A stretch of DNA of 64,000 bases from positions 67,146,001 to 67,210,000 of the forward strand of contig OZ076415.1 of assembly GCA_964187785.1 (NCBI GenBank), read 5' to 3'. Positions 12,120-25,100 of the stretch are shown piece by piece. The translations under genes were made by a program, and so were the position numbers. Each line of letters begins with the position of its first letter. The first letter of the stretch is position 1. The notes under the pieces are model-generated. The model had not been told where the DNA came from and did no database searches. It saw only the letters and a list, made by a program, of their open reading frames with translations. This DNA is from Amphiscolops sp. MND2022 (lineage: Eukaryota).

Positions 12120-12838
12120 AGTTAGCTCATTAGCTCAAGACGAACGTTTTCCCAGAAAACATTAGGAGACTCCAGTCAGTCCCAAGCAAAAACGAAGCAG
12201 TCGCTTCTTTCAATTAAACGGTGTCCGTGACCTAGTAGCATTGGGTCGTAGCATTGAGCTACCGGAGAACTTTCAAAGTCTCTTGCAGGAAAAACAACCC
12301 GTTTGCATTGGGTTCGAGAGTTGTAATAACGTTGTAGCAAAACTAAGGTTGGGAAACTCACTCTGGTCCGAAGGAACAAATTGAGTAAAAGCCCGCTTAG
12401 GTCTCCTCGGAGGCTGGTTGAAAGCCGTGAGCCCAGTGGTAATCTTGGAACCTATGTAGCATACCGAGTGTGGAAACCTAGAAATCTAGTGAACCTAGAA
12501 ATCTAGTGAAAGTACCCGAGTGTTTGCCTGATAGTGATCTGGGACCCACGCACTTCAATCCTAAGGACAAGAGTGACTCCCTCGGACGATTTAGTTAAAG
12601 TAATTTTCCGTCAACAGTCGCAAGAGCATTTTTTCAAGTGGGTACAAAAACTCTGTGGACTGAGTGTATTCTCCATAGGTTTTCTCAGGGTAACTTCGGC
12701 GGATTGGTTTACCCCGAATTACTCTAGTAAGCAACCTCTTATCACCAACGGGATTTGTGAGTATCCCAGAACTTTCGGGTCTGTAACCCTGCACCTGAGG
12801 AACGTACCTCTCCCCAGTTGATAGGTGTGAATTTTACA
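11108..12838 (+). repeat. 3' LTR of element 1 (~1731 bp)
   Basis: TGT...ACA ends with a 7/9 terminal inverted match. Contains two (CT)n tracts and a 17-bp tandem duplication. Start inferred from the PPT. Confidence 0.85.
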
Positions 12839-12869
12839 ACAGTATACTGCTAGGAATTTTCAAAAAACT

Positions 12870-12909
12870 TCAAAGTATTTGAAAAACTTGAGTTTTTCAA
12901 ATACTTTGA
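12870..12909. repeat. Perfect 19-bp hairpin, 2-nt loop
   Basis: TCAAAGTATTTGAAAAACT-TG-AGTTTTTCAAATACTTTGA. Confidence 0.9.
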
Positions 12910-13073
12910 GGCTTTCAAAATGCATGGATATGCTTCAAGGATTTTACAAACTGCTTAGAAGTTATACAAGTTTTTTACAAGCATGCTCCCTAAATTTTCC
13001 ATGCAGCATGTAAAAAGTTCAAGCAGTCTCGACTAGGGAATGAACCCAAACACAACTAAATCCATTTTTCCAG

Positions 13074-13329
13074 ACAGCTTTGGATAGCTCTGCGTAAACC
13101 CTTGTACGCCCCTATGCCTTACGAATTGCTTCTCAACTCTACTCTGAGAACGGAGATTGATGTGAATTTCGTGCACGAGGACAACATGTTTTACCCGAAC
13201 GAGTATAAAAAGTTCCTCAAATCCACGGAGGGCAAGAAGCTCAAAAGGAAAGTGGAAAAACTCATTGGAATGAAGGAGAACAAAAGTTACTCAGGTTACC
13301 AAACGCCATTCAACTGTGTTTTGAGTTGA
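13074..13329 (+). CDS. Candidate host exon, product unknown
   Basis: Acceptor TTTTTCCAG at 13073, then open frame QLWIALRKPLYAPMPYELLL... to stop 13329. Confidence 0.35.
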
Positions 13330-13883
13330 ATGATTTTTGTTTAAAACATTTATGGTAGGAAATTTCAAGTGATCTCACAATCCGAGCTAGACAGAAAAAG
13401 AGTTTTGGCTCTTTATGAATCCACGTAGTTGCAAGTACTAAAATTTCGAGAGCGCGACATTTTGAAACGGTGACATGGAAAGTAGTTGAAAAAACTGAGA
13501 GTCAAAAATTCTTTCAGTATTTTCTAGTTCGTTAAAAGGTTAGATTACTTCTTCGAAGTCGGACGCTTTTTTACCCGAAAGGGTTGACCGAAAGCATCAA
13601 TTCATTATTGCAGTTTGAATTTTCGTTGAATTTTTGGGCTGCAGAAATTTTTGTTCATTTTTTGGACGAATTGGATTTACAAATCATTACGCGTAATAAA
13701 ACTACATCAAACAACATGCAGACAACAACATCAAAAATTTGATTATAGATTTTAGATGCAATTCCCAGCCCCCTTTTTCTGTTCTCTCGTTATCAAAATT
13801 GGTTTCACATGCGATTTATGCGAAATTTTCAAATCCAATCGAATGTCATCTATGAAGTTTTTGTTATCCCTCCCATACAGAAA

Positions 13884-14038
13884 CAGGTTGATCATACTCT
13901 GGACCATAAAAGTCTATGGTTCCAGGCTGACCATACTCTGGACCATACATGATTCCAGATTGATCATCGTAAGATTATAGTAAAAAATGTTATGATTCGC
14001 ATGGTACCATATATGATGATCAGAGTATGATCAACCTG
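13884..14038. mobile_element. MITE-like element, 18-bp perfect TIR
   Basis: CAGGTTGATCATACTCTG ... CAGAGTATGATCAACCTG, with internal repeats of CATACTCTGGACCATA. No clear TSD. Confidence 0.6.
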
Positions 14039-14964
14039 GTCAAGAAACCCGGGATCAAATTACCACTGATGCCTATTGATTAACCCTTTGCAAGCAGTCG
14101 ATAACCTCCGTGGGGTAGCGATACCGATCTGTGATTTGCAGCGACGGGATCCAAGTACTAACTCGATTTTGCACACTAAAAGCCGGTTGTGATGCTCTAC
14201 TCCCCTGAGTAAGAAGTAGGCTATTGAATAAAAGGTGAATAACAGATAAATTCATTTATCGTATAGAACTTACTTAGCTGCTCTCGGATAAACTAATGAG
14301 TAAACTAAAATCCAGTACAAATGATGTTCATCATAATTCATAACGTACCGGTCAACTACTAAGTTTCTATAAATGTCTGTTGTCTATCTACACTAGCATT
14401 CTGAAATATTGCAACCTATTTTTTTCAAATAAAAATATTCTAAACAAAATATTGCGTAAACTTTCACAAATACAAAAATTCGTCAGCTACGAAAGTTTTT
14501 TTACAATTCAGCCCAAGTTGCAAAAAAATGTTAAAATTTCTACGACATATATTTAGAAAGTTGAAAATTGCAAATATTGGAGAAATTCAATAGGAAAATT
14601 GATTTTTAAAAAATTTGAGTGGTTTAAAATCAAAATTTTAATTTTCGCAAATGTTTTTCATTCGTAGGCGCTTTTTAATCTCTCATAATATTTTTGTTCA
14701 ACTTCTTGAAAATTGAAAAGTGCAAATTTGAATTAAATTGGTCAATTTTTACTATGCCCAAGTTTTGTTATCTTCTGCGCAGAAATTTTAAACAAAACTT
14801 TTGAGAAAGTCCCCCTAGCAAACAGTTTTCGGTAGCCGGGACATGTTTAAAGATATTTGGATTGGAATTTTGCTATTTTACGCAACGGAGTTGCGATATT
14901 TTAAAATGTTACTGTAATGTCCTCTTTGCCTCATGCGATAATGCAAATTATTATGTAATGTTAG

Positions 14965-15073
14965 CAGGGGCGCAAAGTAGCACCAAGGATAAGAAACTCG
15001 GTGGTGTGAGTGGAAGCAAAACTGATGGTAAACAGCAGGATGAAGATTCTAAAAAAGCTCTGGGAAAAAAACG
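14965..15073 (+). CDS. Candidate host exon (Lys/Gly-rich)
   Basis: TAGCAG tandem acceptor, open frame GAQSSTKDKKLGG...KKR, canonical donor GTAAGT at 15074. Confidence 0.45.
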
Positions 15074-15638
15074 GTAAGTCCTTTCCGAGCCCACAACCAG
15101 TGTTGAACAGACACTATTATTGTAAAAAATGATATTGCACTTCAAAAACAGACAAAATTTTTCTGTCGCTCGCACGAGGACCTGTAGTTTTTCATTTTTA
15201 TTAAATTAATTTTTTAATGCACGTTTTATGAAAAATCAACCTTCATAGGCCTAAGATGCGTGAATAAAAATTTGACGTTCATCAGAAGACAAATTCCTTC
15301 GAAATGAGTAAGTTCTTCTAATAGAATAAAATTTTTCTTCATGACAGTTAGTAAAACAACCCAGAACTTAAAAGTTCATAATGGATACCATAATTTTGAT
15401 AATTACCTCAGTCGAGAGTGCTGGAACTTTTTACATGATGCAGGTCTGCATACAAGGAAGTTTTTCGTAAAGCCTAGAATTACTCGACAACCTAGGAAAA
15501 TAAAACCGGGAAAACCCTACGCTCCTTTAATTTTGGAAGCCTTAACACGTGATATGAAAAAGTATGAAACGCGGAATTTATGAATGGAGCTGATAGCAAA
15601 GAGTGTGAACTCCCAGTGTGAATTCTCTTGAAAGTCGT

Positions 15639-15845
15639 GATAAAATTTTGGCATTTTCGCGAAACCTTTGGTAAGAATGATGGCAAGATTTTTATCAAGA
15701 ACATCCAGACTATGTGCGATCTTGCAAGATTTTGCTAGCAGTTTCAAGAGAAATGCCACCAACTGTGAAAGAAAATGGACAAAAACCGTCGCTAGTATTA
15801 CTACATCAGCCGTTCTCGCTACCTACAAAGCTTTCAAGTCCTGAA
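15639..15845 (-). pseudogene. Coding-like segment paralogous to 34329-34555
   Basis: Roughly 70% nt identity by eye. The minus frame is open in both copies (LLKLLAKSCKIAHSL vs LLKLLTRSCKVVHIL). Confidence 0.45.
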
Positions 15846-17461
15846 TTTCAATGGTTTTTCATGTCATATGAACAACAAAGAATGAAAAATGAAAATTTAG
15901 TCGGTATTGCGAACAAAAGTAAAATAATTGTAAGCACAACTGTTGCTTCTTTTGCTAGTTAAACTTCGCTAAGACTCCTATCGGAGTAAACGGAAACATG
16001 CAAGAGCATGGAAGATCTTGGCAAGAACTTCAAGATATTTTGCACTGAGCTATCACCTTACGCATTTGAACAAAATGATTGGTAAGAAGCGGACCTTAAT
16101 TTTAACCAAAGTTATGTATGACTTAATAAATATCTTACCCCAAGCTAAAGGGTTTTTGAACCTACTCATGTCCATGCAATCACAGCGCCGAAATAAACTA
16201 TCTGTGGATAATCACTTAGAATTAATGGACTCTTGTTGAAACTGCTTGATTTCTTTTTGCATGTACTTTAATGTTGCCAGTACCTTTTATTATGGTTTTC
16301 TAAAACTCTCCAAAACTTTCAAGCGAAAACATATCCCAGTTGTATTCGACTTTAATCAAGCTGCTTGAAAGAATAATCAAAGTTTTGGCGGCAATTTTAT
16401 ACCTTGAACTTTTCAAGATTAACTACGAAGTTCTAATTTTAAAAGTAATTAAATTGCTATCCAATTAGGTAATTGTTCAATGCAAAACAACTTCAGTAGC
16501 GTAACAAACTGCAACAGAGCATCATGTTCAGCGAACTATTTGAGAAGCTGTAATGAATTGTTGAGAAAACAAAGTGTGAACAAAACGTGACCGTGTCGGT
16601 GATGAAGAGGAATTCATTTTCAAATTTAATTGCAATATTGGAAAATGCAGTGTAATTCTACAAAAATTACCACCAGAACTTACTGCATTTTCTAGGTTTT
16701 ATAAAATTTACCCTGCATGCTGGCCTGCAGCATATAAAGATTTCAAGCAGTCTCAACTAAGGGAATCAACAATTTTACAAACTTAAGAACTCTTTATCCA
16801 GAAATTTTTTAGGTTTCAATATTAAAGATTGCTTAAACTTTCAGCACCTTGCAAGACATTGAGAAACCACGCAAGCTGTGGACTTCCGATATGCTGTCTC
16901 TTTTAACCAGGAATGACTTGAAACAAAGATGTAATGAAGACACCCACAGGCCTATCAGAACGCAGTTATAAACAGCGGCTTATCCGTACGCCGCGATGAA
17001 AATTGTGTTGAACGGTTGGGCTTTTGAACGCTTGACCTTTTAGTTTGAAAGCGCTAAAAAAATTCATCCGTATTTTACTTCAAAAACTTTTCGGCTGTCA
17101 CTAAATGGTTTTTTATATTATCTTTTGAAAATCTTGGTTTTCAGTGCACGAAGTTTACAATCAGAAAGTTTGCTTGCCAACGCCGAATTTTTCTCTTTGA
17201 TAAATTTCGGGAACTCGTCATTTAGTTAGCTGAAAAAGCAACCGACAAATGTCGCCATAGTGGGTTTACAGGGATTGGAACAATGACAAGGCTCTGGAGG
17301 CAAATCTAATAATCTGATGAAACTGTTTTGTGAGCATATGTTCTAGAATGGCCAGGAGTAAGCTTATAATAGCGATGGCCAAAGCATAGCCGTTTTCGAC
17401 AACTACACTGGGTTTTCATTTTAAAAACTAGTTGTAATAATAAGCAATAATATAGCTTGAT

Positions 17462-17746
17462 TGTAACGATAGATGGAGAAACTGGTATATAAAACGTTAG
17501 TGTCCGGGACTGACCGCTTCATATACTAGTTCATTTTTCTACATGGGAAAGCTGGTCCCGAGGGGGAACCGTCATCAGGAACGCTCTCTGCCCTGTATCC
17601 GGTCTGTTACTGTCTTAATATACGGGCATCTTGCTGAGCTTCGGGACCACCGCAGAAGTAGCCAATAAAAACTGGTATGGGCTTACTGAATTACGGAATT
17701 CACTCTATGAGTAGGAAATCTAAATAACATCAAATCAAGGGTTACA
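17462..17746 (+). repeat. Possible solo LTR
   Basis: TGTAAC...GTTACA termini with internal TATATAAAA and AATAAA. No TSD found. Confidence 0.3.
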
Positions 17747-18148
17747 AACAACAGCTCTCGAGCATATTAATCTAAATACGTTATAAACACAAATACAACA
17801 AATTGTCCATGTGGAAGGTAAGGTCGATCGTACACCCAGCGCGCAAGCTGGACACTCCATAGGGACACCGGCAAAGCTTTTAGGCTGAGATCATGGTCTT
17901 TGAGTTTTCACTACCAAAAATGGTGACAAGCTTCCTTTTTGTGGCAGTACACCGTGGTTGGGCACGTTTTTAGCTGTTACCGTGGTCTAGGTCGTTCGGT
18001 GTCTCGCGGGGCTGCTTCTATGCTTTTCTCACTGCGTTCACTAGCAGGTACTTTGACGAAACATGCTCGATCCGTCCACGTCATTTTTGAACAGTTTTTC
18101 AAGACATTCAAAAGTTTCGATGTGTCCAAAGTTGACGTGAAGTACTTG

Positions 18149-19773
18149 TGTGATAATCCTCCTCCTCGGAGTCTCCTTCTGATATTATGGTTTCGTCTAA
18201 GTTCGGTTCATTTTGACAAAGTGGTCTAGCAGGATTCCTTAATTCTCTCATGTCAGAGGCTCTGAGGGGATGATCATCCTCATTTTCAGTATCTGAGTTT
18301 TCTATGTTTGATGCGTGAACTCCATTAGACCTAATACTTTTGGATCCCGAAGGTTGAGAGTTTTGCATTTCATTAATTTCAGATCTGGGATTTGTTATTG
18401 TTGATGTTGTTTTGGTTGTTCTTATTTCTTTCAAAATTGCATCAAATTTGTTCTCCATCTCTTCTCTCATTTTCATTATCCTGTCATTGTTCTTTTGTTC
18501 AAAGTTCTCTGTCCAAACTTGGATTTCGTTACTGATTTGACTAGGTTCTATCAGACTAGATCTGTTCTCGTTTTCACCTAAAGGTTCCTGAATAACAGTA
18601 CTAACATTAGTTAAAGTTTCATTACCTTGCATTGGCGTTTCTACTTGTGTTTCACTCAATTCTCGCTCAGGTGAAGGTGTTTCATGCCTTCTAGATCTTC
18701 TGTTTCTCTTATTTCCCATTGTTCTCAAGTGAAAATGTGTTGGGTTTGCTGGGGAAGAATTTGAATTCAGCTGAGATTTTCGACAAAACAAATTGGAAAA
18801 TGAGACAACTGTTGATTATGAGAAACTGCTTTTACAACGGTTTGGAGTGTGGGTTTTATCAACTGTTTTCAGCGAGAGTTATTTCAAAGAATGATTGGGG
18901 TTTAAGGTCCTGAGCACAAGGAAAAAATGGTGGGGATTACACCCGTTTTTATGGGTGTCATGGTCTTCATATTCTATAAAAAAGATTACATCATGTGTCG
19001 TAATTCTATTTATAACTCTAAATATACGTTGCATGACAAGCAGAAACAAGTATTGTACAGCTACAGCAAAAACCCTGGAAAACTGCATAATGACGTATAT
19101 ACGGTCTTAAATTTCCGCATACCAACGAATAATCCCAATGCAATAATGATATAACACCGTATGATGGGAAACGCGGAAAACCGCATATTGACGTATAAGC
19201 GCCGGCGATTTTCCGCATAGTGACGTGTAAATATCACTGTGACAATGTATCAAGGAAATTACTGTTTTCCGCATGGTGCCGCATAAGCGGTGGTTAAAAT
19301 CCGCACATTGCAGTATATGCGTTAGAAATTTTCCGTATGATGGTGTATAATTGTTAATCACAAACAGCATGATGAAGTGTATTCATTTTCACATTTTCGT
19401 ACTGTGACGCATACTCATTGATTTGAAAAGTCACGTTTAGATTAATCATTGCTTCCATTCAGAGATTATGGCCTAAGTTCAACTAAACAACTCAATATTT
19501 CAAGCAAAATTAGGGTGAAAAGTTAGGAAAGCTTGGTCAACATGCCTTAATTCGCATCTGGCTTCCACAATTCCACCAAACAAACTATAAAATAAATATT
19601 TACATGACTTAATTCGTTGGTTAGGGTAAACAACGAGACAATAAAAGCAAAGAAATAAAGGGGGGAAGGCAGTTTATTGAGTCTCATCAAATTGAGTTTA
19701 TCTTTCAGGCTGCTTCTTTGTTTTCCTTTTTACTCTTGCAGAACAGGCCCAGAGCACCCATGAGGCTGCGACA
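18149..19773 (-). repeat. 3' LTR of element 2
   Basis: Matches 32658-34281 with about a dozen differences; TG...CA ends. Confidence 0.95.
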
Positions 19774-20788
19774 GTCCCGCACCTTTAAAGGAGAACAGTG
19801 CAGCCTCGAACCCATCTATAAAGGCACGGGATCTGACACCTCTGTCCCTGACTGTCTCCCCGTCATAAGCGGTTGCAATAAGGTACTCTCCCAGCGTCTC
19901 CAATGCTATCAAATCGTAGCATTTACCACACCAATCGCAAAATCCAGCGACGTTTGTCATCACGGGGGGCAGAAGTCGATACTGCAGTCTTTCTTGGAAG
20001 GGCAAGAGTAGTAGGTTTGTGCTATGTCCCGCTTGGAACGGAAAGTGAGGAGAGGGTCCAGCATTAGGTCCAGTAATCAATTGTGAAACATGAACGCTTC
20101 CTTCATGGGGAGGTATCTGGATCATTATTGGTGCATTACTATGTATAGGCAAACCATTAGGGTTAGCGGTGAGGGCTCCACTGTTACCCAATGTCCTTGG
20201 TTGGATACCACTGAGCGGGTGATCTGCTTGCTGATGTCTAGGGTCAGTGATTTGTTGGGGTTGATAAATTGGGTAAGTATTTGCAAAATTAGGCGGGTAA
20301 GTAGGAATGGGTCTATTAACCACTGTCGTCTCGTGGTTGTTGCTTCTTGGTGTAGGGAGGATCGCCGCAGCTGGCCTCCCGTAGCTGTTTACAGGTCGTG
20401 CCGAAGGTTCGACCGACTCCCATGGCGACATGAGTGAGTCTTCCAGTTCCGTATCAATGAATGAAGTTGATGAAGACCCTCTACTGAATTGATGCTCCTC
20501 GATGATTTCCATCATCTGCCGCTCAATTTGTGTCCCAGCAGTGTCAATTGTCTCAGCAATTGAGGGGTCTTCTGGTCCAGATGTGAAAAGGGTTGCCGAA
20601 GTCGCACCCACGAATGCCGTCAACATATCCGATCTAGGTCCACCAACTCTGAATCTTTCCTCTATGTCGGACAGATCATTCGGATGAACGACAAATTCTT
20701 CTCCTGAATCGCTTGATATATCTACAATCCCAGGAGATTGAATCGAGAGCAAAGGGCTATCTTCAAGGGTAAATTGCAGGTTATTCAT
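19730..20788 (-). CDS. Orphan sense-strand ORF (352 aa) in the env position of element 2
   Basis: Uninterrupted ORF: S/P-rich linker and a C-terminal block with FCDWCGKC. No TM helix. Overlaps the PPT region and runs ~40 nt into the LTR. Confidence 0.65.
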   Translation of the reverse strand: MNNLQFTLEDSPLLSIQSPGIVDISSDSGEEFVVHPNDLSDIEERFRVGGPRSDMLTAFVGATSATLFTSGPEDPSIAETIDTAGTQIERQMMEIIEEHQFSRGSSSTSFIDTELEDSLMSPWESVEPSARPVNSYGRPAAAILPTPRSNNHETTVVNRPIPTYPPNFANTYPIYQPQQITDPRHQQADHPLSGIQPRTLGNSGALTANPNGLPIHSNAPIMIQIPPHEGSVHVSQLITGPNAGPSPHFPFQAGHSTNLLLLPFQERLQYRLLPPVMTNVAGFCDWCGKCYDLIALETLGEYLIATAYDGETVRDRGVRSRAFIDGFEAALFSFKGAGLSQPHGCSGPVLQE

Positions 20789-22120
20789 GTTCTTTTCTTA
20801 TGTTGTAGGATGATTTCCTCAGGTAAGGTTTGAAGGTAGTTTTCGTTTTAGCTGGAGTTACTGCTTTTGGGCGAATCAAAAGACCATATGGTGATTGTCT
20901 TTTCCGTTTCTTTCGCTTATAACAAAACCCCGCGGAAAAACTGAGTGTCATAATTTCGGGGTTTTCGTTTTCCTTATAGGGTCTTTTCTGTGATAGAACT
21001 TGTTGAATCCGCGAAAATTATCAAGTTTCCTTTTAATTTGATATAAACATCTACCATTTAAGGTGTTTCTTCAGTTTTCAGGGAGAATCTCATCTTCACA
21101 CAAGACGCATGACAGTGTTGAACCATTTTAATGAGATATAAACAAAATCATAACTAAACTAACTTGAAAGGATTTCATGACTAATAACTCCCATTGATGG
21201 AGAAATGAAGTGGAAATTGATATACATATCTAGGTTTACATGACTGAGGTTTATATTTATGAATGAAGTTTTTCGAGACTGAAAATTTAAATTTTGTGAA
21301 ATATCACATTTATCCATAGTTCATCAAAGTTTTGTTTCGAGTCCCGCACTTGAAAAGTGCGTTATATCTCAAAAAGTAAAAGAGCTTCGGGTCTAGTTTA
21401 CCTTTCATTCCCTTCCGGTTTGTCCGAATTGGCTTGTATAAAAATGCATTCTGTTAATAGTTCATCATTTTCGCATATTCAATAGCTAGTGTTAGCTACT
21501 GAACATCATAACGTTGTAAGAAGTTGAAGTTAAGTCGTCTATGTGCTTTAAAACAAGCAGGCATAGCTTTCAACGTGGGATTGGTTATCTGTACTATGCC
21601 GCACATGCTGTTGCAACTATCCGTATGCTGCCGTATGTGTAGTGGTGATTTTCCGTATCGTAAGTCGTTTTCGCATACTGCCGCACAGGCAGTGGTGAAA
21701 TTCCTCTCCATGCCGCATGGGGGCCATTCATGAGATTTGCATCGTTGACCGGTTGCTAATTTTGATAATTACGTAATCGTCCATTCTGGCAGTAATGGAC
21801 GGTAATTAATTGACCAATCAGATTAGAGTATTTTCTGGATTAATGCGCAAATTTCAGCATTCATTTGCTTTTTGCCTTTCGTTTAACGCCACGCCTTCTA
21901 TTGAATTTCAGCGTCAACTTGTTAATTTGGTACATAATTGCAGTCTTTTGTGTTTCTAGTATTGTATTAATTTCAGTTGCAGTCTTTTTTAGTTTCAGCT
22001 AGAAAGTTTCATTCTTTCCTTCGGTCATCGATCTACTCTTCTTTCGTTTCACATTATTAAAGTTCCAATTGTAATTTTCCATTTGTATTCTCTGAGATTA
22101 TCGGCCGCATTAGCGATACC

Positions 22121-25100
22121 ATGGATTCTCCCGACCGGAGGAAGTCAAGACAACAACAAATTCCGCGGAAACAGCTCGCTTCTTGGGGTTACAAGTCACC
22201 TACTGCGATTACTCCACGTAAGTTCACTTCATAGTTTGTTTCAGATTTTCGAATTTTGATTTGGATTTTCTGATCAGAAAAAAGTTTTAATTGAATAGTT
22301 GGCCAGACTATTCAATAAAGTCGATCTTCTTCAGATCAAGTTTGAATTTTTGAAGCAACTAAGCTTCCGGTTTGATATCAATCACTTCCGCCCACATTAA
22401 TTTCCTTCCACCGCATCCGGTCTCAGTCTATTATTTAGCGGAAATTGTTGATCGTGGTTTGATTCGTGGTTCATCTTGATAATAAACCCATTTGTTTTAG
22501 TTGAACTTGGATCATCGCAAAAGTCTCCCGCCAGGTCCCCAACAAGGACCTATATTCCCCTTCAGGTCGCTGAACTCCCTGTTGCTGGACCATCCTCGCC
22601 GGTTCAACCCTCTAATAGTACGCCAATAAAGGCCAACGACGGGATTGAGCAAGTATTAGCTGACGGACTCAACACTTCCTTTTCACCTGGTCAACTCGTT
22701 ATCCATGATCCCGAAAAGTCCGATAGAGCAGAAAATGAAGAGGTCGAACCGTCAGTAATTGAGATCTCTCCGGCGTTACCGGATCTTTCATTGATGAGTG
22801 TTAGTGATCCAAAAATAATAGGTAATCCGGAGAACACCGTTACGCCACCCGTCTCTCAATCCAATTCACCCCGATTTGCTGCATTCCTCACACGCACCGA
22901 AACTGCTCCCGACCCAACTGGACCTCCCGAGGTTGTTTCTGGGGAAAATCTCCCCGAACATTCGGGTGAGCCTGAACAGAATGAGGCTCCAAATCCCAAA
23001 GTGGAAACATCAGGACCCTCTACTTCGGCACCACAAGAACTAGTTATCACACGGCAAGAGGCCTTCACCCTTTCAAGTGTATTAGGCAGAATTCCGCGGG
23101 AATTGATCAGTCAGACTGAGGTAAACGAGTCAGATAACATTACACTGAATGTGATTGAAGATCCCCCCCCAATCTCCGGATAAAGGTGTCGTTCAAAACA
23201 TTGAACCTATGGATACGGGGCCCAGCCAAGAAAATGTCAACACTTTATCTAGTTGCGATGAAGCCTTTACTGTCAGGACAAAGCGACAACGGCCAAAGTA
23301 CTCGTTGAGAGTCCACATGCTGCGTAAGCATCCTGTTTTGAAATTTTTTGCTACCGGGCCAATTGATCGGAACAAGACTCCCTATAAATGGTGGTGCCGT
23401 GTGTGCCGAGTGGAGCTGTCATTAATGAGCAGGGGTGTTCTTGAGTTATTATCACATTTTAAAACTGACTCCCATCTCATCAAAGAACATCGCATTAGAC
23501 TTGAAATTCCAGGAATGTCTCTGTACGACAAGTTTGAAAAAGAGCTGACAGGGAACGCTCTATTGGCCGCCAGAAGAACAGCAAAAGAGACCTACCCTAT
23601 CGCCCCCCAGTTAGATGTCTGTAGATTGATGGTCGGGCAGGACAAATTACCGGATTTTACCACTACGTCCAGCCCAAGCGAAGACGTTATTTCTCAGATC
23701 CGTATTCTAGAGCATGGGTTACGTCATGGTGGGCACATTGACAGTCTTATTGGGATGTGGAATGAGACGGTTCGCTTATTCCCTGGAAACTCTCAAGCTT
23801 CCTCCTTCAGTTGGGAACGACAACGGTTATTTGTAAGTAATTTCTATATTTTTGTTTTTTTTTCTTCGCTATAGTACATACTCCTGGTGTAAATAGTATT
23901 ATGTTCGCAGGCTATACTTGTCTTCATGTACCGCGAATTGTTGAGTTATGGGGTCACGTCCATTACAACTTCCGGGTCTTACTCCCTTTCTTTCCAGAGT
24001 GACCAGTTTACCACCCATGTTTTCGTCAACTTTTGGTCTGGTAATGTCTTTTACCAAATATGCCTCGGTACCGGACCGAGAGGAACCTTAATTCCCAAAA
24101 GGATTATCAACTTCATCGCATCATTTCGTAGTCTCTTCGAATCTTCCATTTCATGCGTCAGCCTTGTTAATTGTCCCGACAGGCTAAATTCCAGTCTCAA
24201 AACTTCTCTGCCCGGAAAATATCGAGTTACTTCGTCAATGGTTTTGGACAAAATGAGCTAGAGAGATGTCTTGCTCTCCCTACATCAAGAATTTTGGAAA
24301 GGCACGATTACCGTACGATCCTTGACTTCCGTCTAATGAAACTCCGCACAGCATTGGATCGCGATTGGCTACAGTCTCTCCCGACCTTACACAAGGTACT
24401 TGAACTATTTTCATTAATAAGTACTCTTTTAAAATAGATTATATGTTTGTCTTGAGGCTCGATTTGTTTTGTATTTCAGTGCGTCTTGGATCTCTCCTAT
24501 TCTCCTCGGGAAGCATCCATCTTGATTGAACTGTTATCCTGCCACTGGGATAAAGTCTTGGACCACCTTAATCGTGTGTCCCGATTGCCGTCCTATCGGT
24601 TTCATATGAGAGAGGTCAGTATCTACTCCACATAATCGGCATTGTTCAAGCATCTATTCATCTAAAACATCCTTTATGTTTCCAGCCCAGTACCCTCGAC
24701 GAGTGTTTTCGTCTTGATACCACTTATTTGGCACGGCTATTTATTATCAGATGTGTCCTCGATCACTGTTAGTACAGAGTCTAAAGTTGTTTTTCTATTC
24801 CGATCGTGATCTGGAGCTCTTTGTAATGAGACTTCTGTTTTCTTTTAATTAGAAGTGCTTGCAATTATTATCTCTAGGTAGATTTCCCAAAATCTTGGAT
24901 TTTTGTTCAGCATACCATTCTTTTTACCTTGTAGGATTGTAATTGTTGCCAGGATTCAGTATGATGTTGTATATTCACCATTGTAAATTCCGCATATTAA
25001 CGCTTGATTGTAGTCCAAAACCGAATGATGACTCATACTCGTTTTCAGAAATTCGCATAATGGTGAATGACTACACTGCAGAGTAGGCACGTGCTTTTAT

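Larger units (their letters stand above)
1..12838 (+). mobile_element. Gypsy/Ty3-type LTR retroelement with env (element 1); 5' end lies upstream of the window
   Basis: 1-908 repeats at 11911-12838. Order is PBS, gag, PR-RT-RH-IN, env, PPT, 3' LTR. Confidence 0.95.

Noticed and set aside
18108-18791. 227-aa ORF as a separate gene
   Set aside because: It is the LTR-encoded gag N-terminus duplicated in the 3' LTR, reading out into the flank.
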